DNA from: a bacterium
Lineage (GTDB): Bacteria > SAR324 > NAC60-12
DNA: 23,484 nucleotides
Direction of reading: 5' to 3'
Assembly (NCBI GenBank): GCA_965233585.1
Contig: CBDDTI010000599.1
Location: 1 to 23,484 of the forward strand
In this document: positions 20,451 through 23,484 of the stretch, one piece after another
Layout: each line of letters opens with the position of its first letter
Position numbering within the stretch: the stretch's first letter is position 1
Translations under genes and position numbers: made by a program
Notes under the pieces: generated by a model
What the model was told of the DNA's origin: nothing
Databases searched by the model: none
What the model saw: the letters and a program-made list of their open reading frames with translations, nothing else

Positions 20451-22264
20451 AAAAAAATATTTTGTATCAAAATTTTTTTTGAATCGCTTTTTAGAAATTG
20501 TTTCACATTTTTCCGTCATTTTCTTAAAAAAAGTTTTGCACATAATTTCGCAGTGTTTCGTTTCCACACAATTTTTTTGCAAAATAGGTTCAAACATAAA
20601 AAAATCAATAATTTTAAAATATTTCTGCCATATTTCTTCTTTTCCAAAAAACAAATCAAAAAAAATTCATTTCTTGATTGACGAAGAGAAGAGCTAACTT
20701 CCATGCAAAATCATTTCTCCAAATCTCAAGATTACATACGCGAAAATGGAACAGTAGGTTTTTTTTAAATTCCCCTACAAGAAATATTTTTTTCCAAATT
20801 GGTTTCAAATGCCACACAATCCTCAGGTTTGCATTTACTTTTGACATGGTGTATAATCCCTTTCCGTCTGCCAGCAAAATAAAACATCTATGAACATGTG
20901 GGTTTGAAAGGTAAGTCAAACAAGAACGACGCGTGTTTTTCTTTCTTCTGATCGCAAGCAAAATTATCCCAAGGATTTGGAACCACGACTTCTTCTTGCA
21001 AAAGATACTGCTCAACAGCTGAATGATTTTCAAACACATACCAGTCTTACATTTATTACATCGCAAAAAAATTTTGAGTGTTGTTTCATGGACTGTTTGT
21101 TCGTGCGATGTGTGTGTCCCCCATGATGTGCAAGCATTTGCCGAAGGAGTGTCTCACATTTGTAACAACAGACAGACATTTTTTCCTTGCCCCACAGACA
21201 CCACATACCCACCAAGCTTAAATCCACACATACATTGCAGACAAAGACAAGCCAAACCAGCAGCCACCAGATGAAAATGCACATGCGTCTGTGTTTCCGC
21301 GTGATTGTGTTTGGGAACAATCTGATCTGTATTTGATGTCATGTTTGATTTGTAAATAGAGGATGGTGAAAGGAAAAATGGACGAAGAAACAGGGACACA
21401 GAAATGAAAATACACATTTGGCACGTCCAGGTGCAGAAATATAATAATTTTTTTTCGGTCGCAAAAAATCTGTGGCGTGTTGTGGTATTATGTGGTAAAA
21501 TTTTGTTAAAATATGTTATTCTCTCATTTCATGAAAGGATGTGATTTTTGGTGGGTCCAATTTTTTATAATGAAGAAAAATTATTAATGAAATATTATTT
21601 TTTTCAATTCAATATTTTTGCCGGGATCAAAATTGTTTGAATGAGTCAATTTTTGAAGGGCCGGAATTTGAAAGATTGGGCAATTCAAGGGAGATATCAC
21701 AAAGATCTGACCCATATGCGCCAATTTCCAGACTGCTGAAACACATTCGTATCTGTTTTTTCCCATCGAACCATCTTTCCTCAACGAAAACAAACTATTT
21801 CACTTGCTTTTGACACTTCAACACTTTGAATTCTTGATCAGTAGCCCCTGCTATCCCTGCCACCGCGAATTTGTTTCAGTTTGACATTCTTCCTTTCTTT
21901 TCGGCTTTCAACTAACGATTTCTTTGTATCAATACCTTGCCAAAGAAAAAAACACCTTGTTACGCACAGTGCTTTACTCGATGTGTTTCTGATTTTGAAA
22001 ATTGGATCTTCTGTTCATTTCCTCCATAATTTGATAATATATATTCTTTTTTTAAATCGAGCTGGAATATCTTTATATCAACAAAATAACATTTTTTGTT
22101 TTTGAAAAAAACCATGTAATCGTCAATATGGAATGCCCTTCCTATAAAAATTTTCTTCCAATATTTCAAAAAATTCGAAGGAAACCCCACATATAGCTAA
22201 TTTTTAATGATACCAATTACATTACCCATTGTAAATTAATTTTACTGGAAAGGAAAGGTAGAGA

Positions 22265-22640
22265 GCTTTTCTCATATAAAGAATAATTATATATATAAAC
22301 CTTTTAAATATAAACTTTTTTGTATAAATACGCTTTTATATATAAATATTTTTACGCACAAACGCTTTTTACACGCAAACCCTTTTACACATAAATACTT
22401 TTACATACAAACGCTTTTACACACAAAACCTTTATACACAACAAACACAAACTCTTTTTACACAAATACGTTTTTACACCCAAACACTTTTACACCCAAA
22501 CGCTTTTACCCACAATCACTTTTATATACACACACTTTTACACACAGAGTATTTTACATACAAACACTTTTACATACAAACACAATTACAAGAAAATACT
22601 TTTACACATAGACGCTTTTACACGCAGATCCTTCTCTATA
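22265..22640 (-). repeat. Heavily AT-shifted family B 16-bp satellite
   Basis: ACGCTTTTACACACAAA-type units, i.e. ACGCTTTTACACACAG with G>A/C>T changes. Confidence 0.75.
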
Positions 22641-23484
22641 TAAAAATATCTCTGTAAAAAAAAAAATATATATTTAAATCTAAAAATATAAAACATATAT
22701 ATTTTAAAAAAAATATATTAAAAAATATTTATATATAAAGACATCTATATAATTTTTTTTAAAAAATTATTTGTCCAAAAAAATATTTATTTATAAAACA
22801 AATTATTTTTATATTAAAAAATATTTATATATAAAAATATTTATTTATAAAAAAAATATTTATAATATATTTTATTTATAAAAAAAATTATAAAAAAAAT
22901 ATATATATTATTATTTTTCTAATTTATTTATAATAAATATTTAATATATTATTTTATATTATAATATTTTTATATTAATAAAAAAAATATTGCCTTTATA
23001 ATATCGAATCATCCCTCGTTTAATTTAATTATTTGTAAATTCAAAAATAAAATAATTTTATAATTTTTCGTTACTTTTTTAATTATAAAAAAAATATATT
23101 AAATAAAATCCAAATCAAAATATTTTTTTTAAATTTCCTTATTTTTCAAACATACTAATATCAAAAATAAATAATTTTACAATATTTTTTTAACTAAAAC
23201 GAATAACCTTTTATATCAATATAGTTTATGATATTTGTATTCCACGTATTTAAAGTACTATTTATGTTTACTATAAAAAAAATAAAAAAAATATATATAA
23301 AATACTATATTTGTTAAAAAATTATTTATCCAACTTTAAAAATTTCTCATTCCAAAATAAAATCCCTTTCAAAAAATCAATACCCGTATTTCCCAATATT
23401 TCTAATAAATAGGTTTTCTATATCAGACCAGCAAAAAAAAAAAAAAATCATTTTTAAATATCCATTCCTAATATCGTTTTAAAA
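22640..23484. other. Extremely AT-rich low-complexity sequence
   Basis: Long A/T homopolymers and no ORFs. Either terminally decayed repeat or poor-quality consensus. Confidence 0.7.

Noticed and set aside
22640..23484. Organellar insertion or replication origin suggested by extreme AT content
   Set aside because: No gene, tRNA or rRNA remnants are visible, and it is contiguous with a decaying satellite.

Overview
Eukaryotic, repeat-dense DNA with the hallmarks of a dinoflagellate (probably Symbiodiniaceae): short exons, GC and GA splice donors, and satellite-laden non-autonomous elements. The taxon is inferred from sequence style. A + strand gene for a SAM-methyltransferase-like protein has exons at 2224-2703 and 13583-~13915, separated by a ~10.9 kb intron holding three nested insertions. 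The outermost is a GT-rich repeat element (family C). Inside it is a decayed ~9.7 kb Penelope-like retroelement (PLE) with 389-bp direct terminal repeats, extra upstream ORFs, an N-terminal GIY-YIG endonuclease, a CxC linker and an RT with a YVDN motif. Its RT is cleanly split by a 3.26 kb Helitron/Helentron-like satellite-carrying element (family B) with no target-site duplication. The PLE shows a UGA-CUAG readthrough-type stop between ORF2 and the EN-RT region, spliced-leader-like relics, a possible ADP-ribosyltransferase-like ORF and a covarying hairpin in its terminal repeats. Right of ~15.1 kb the same repeat families recur as increasingly AT-rich copies altered mainly by C>T/G>A changes. 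Most long ORFs in the supplied track are artefacts of tandem repeats.
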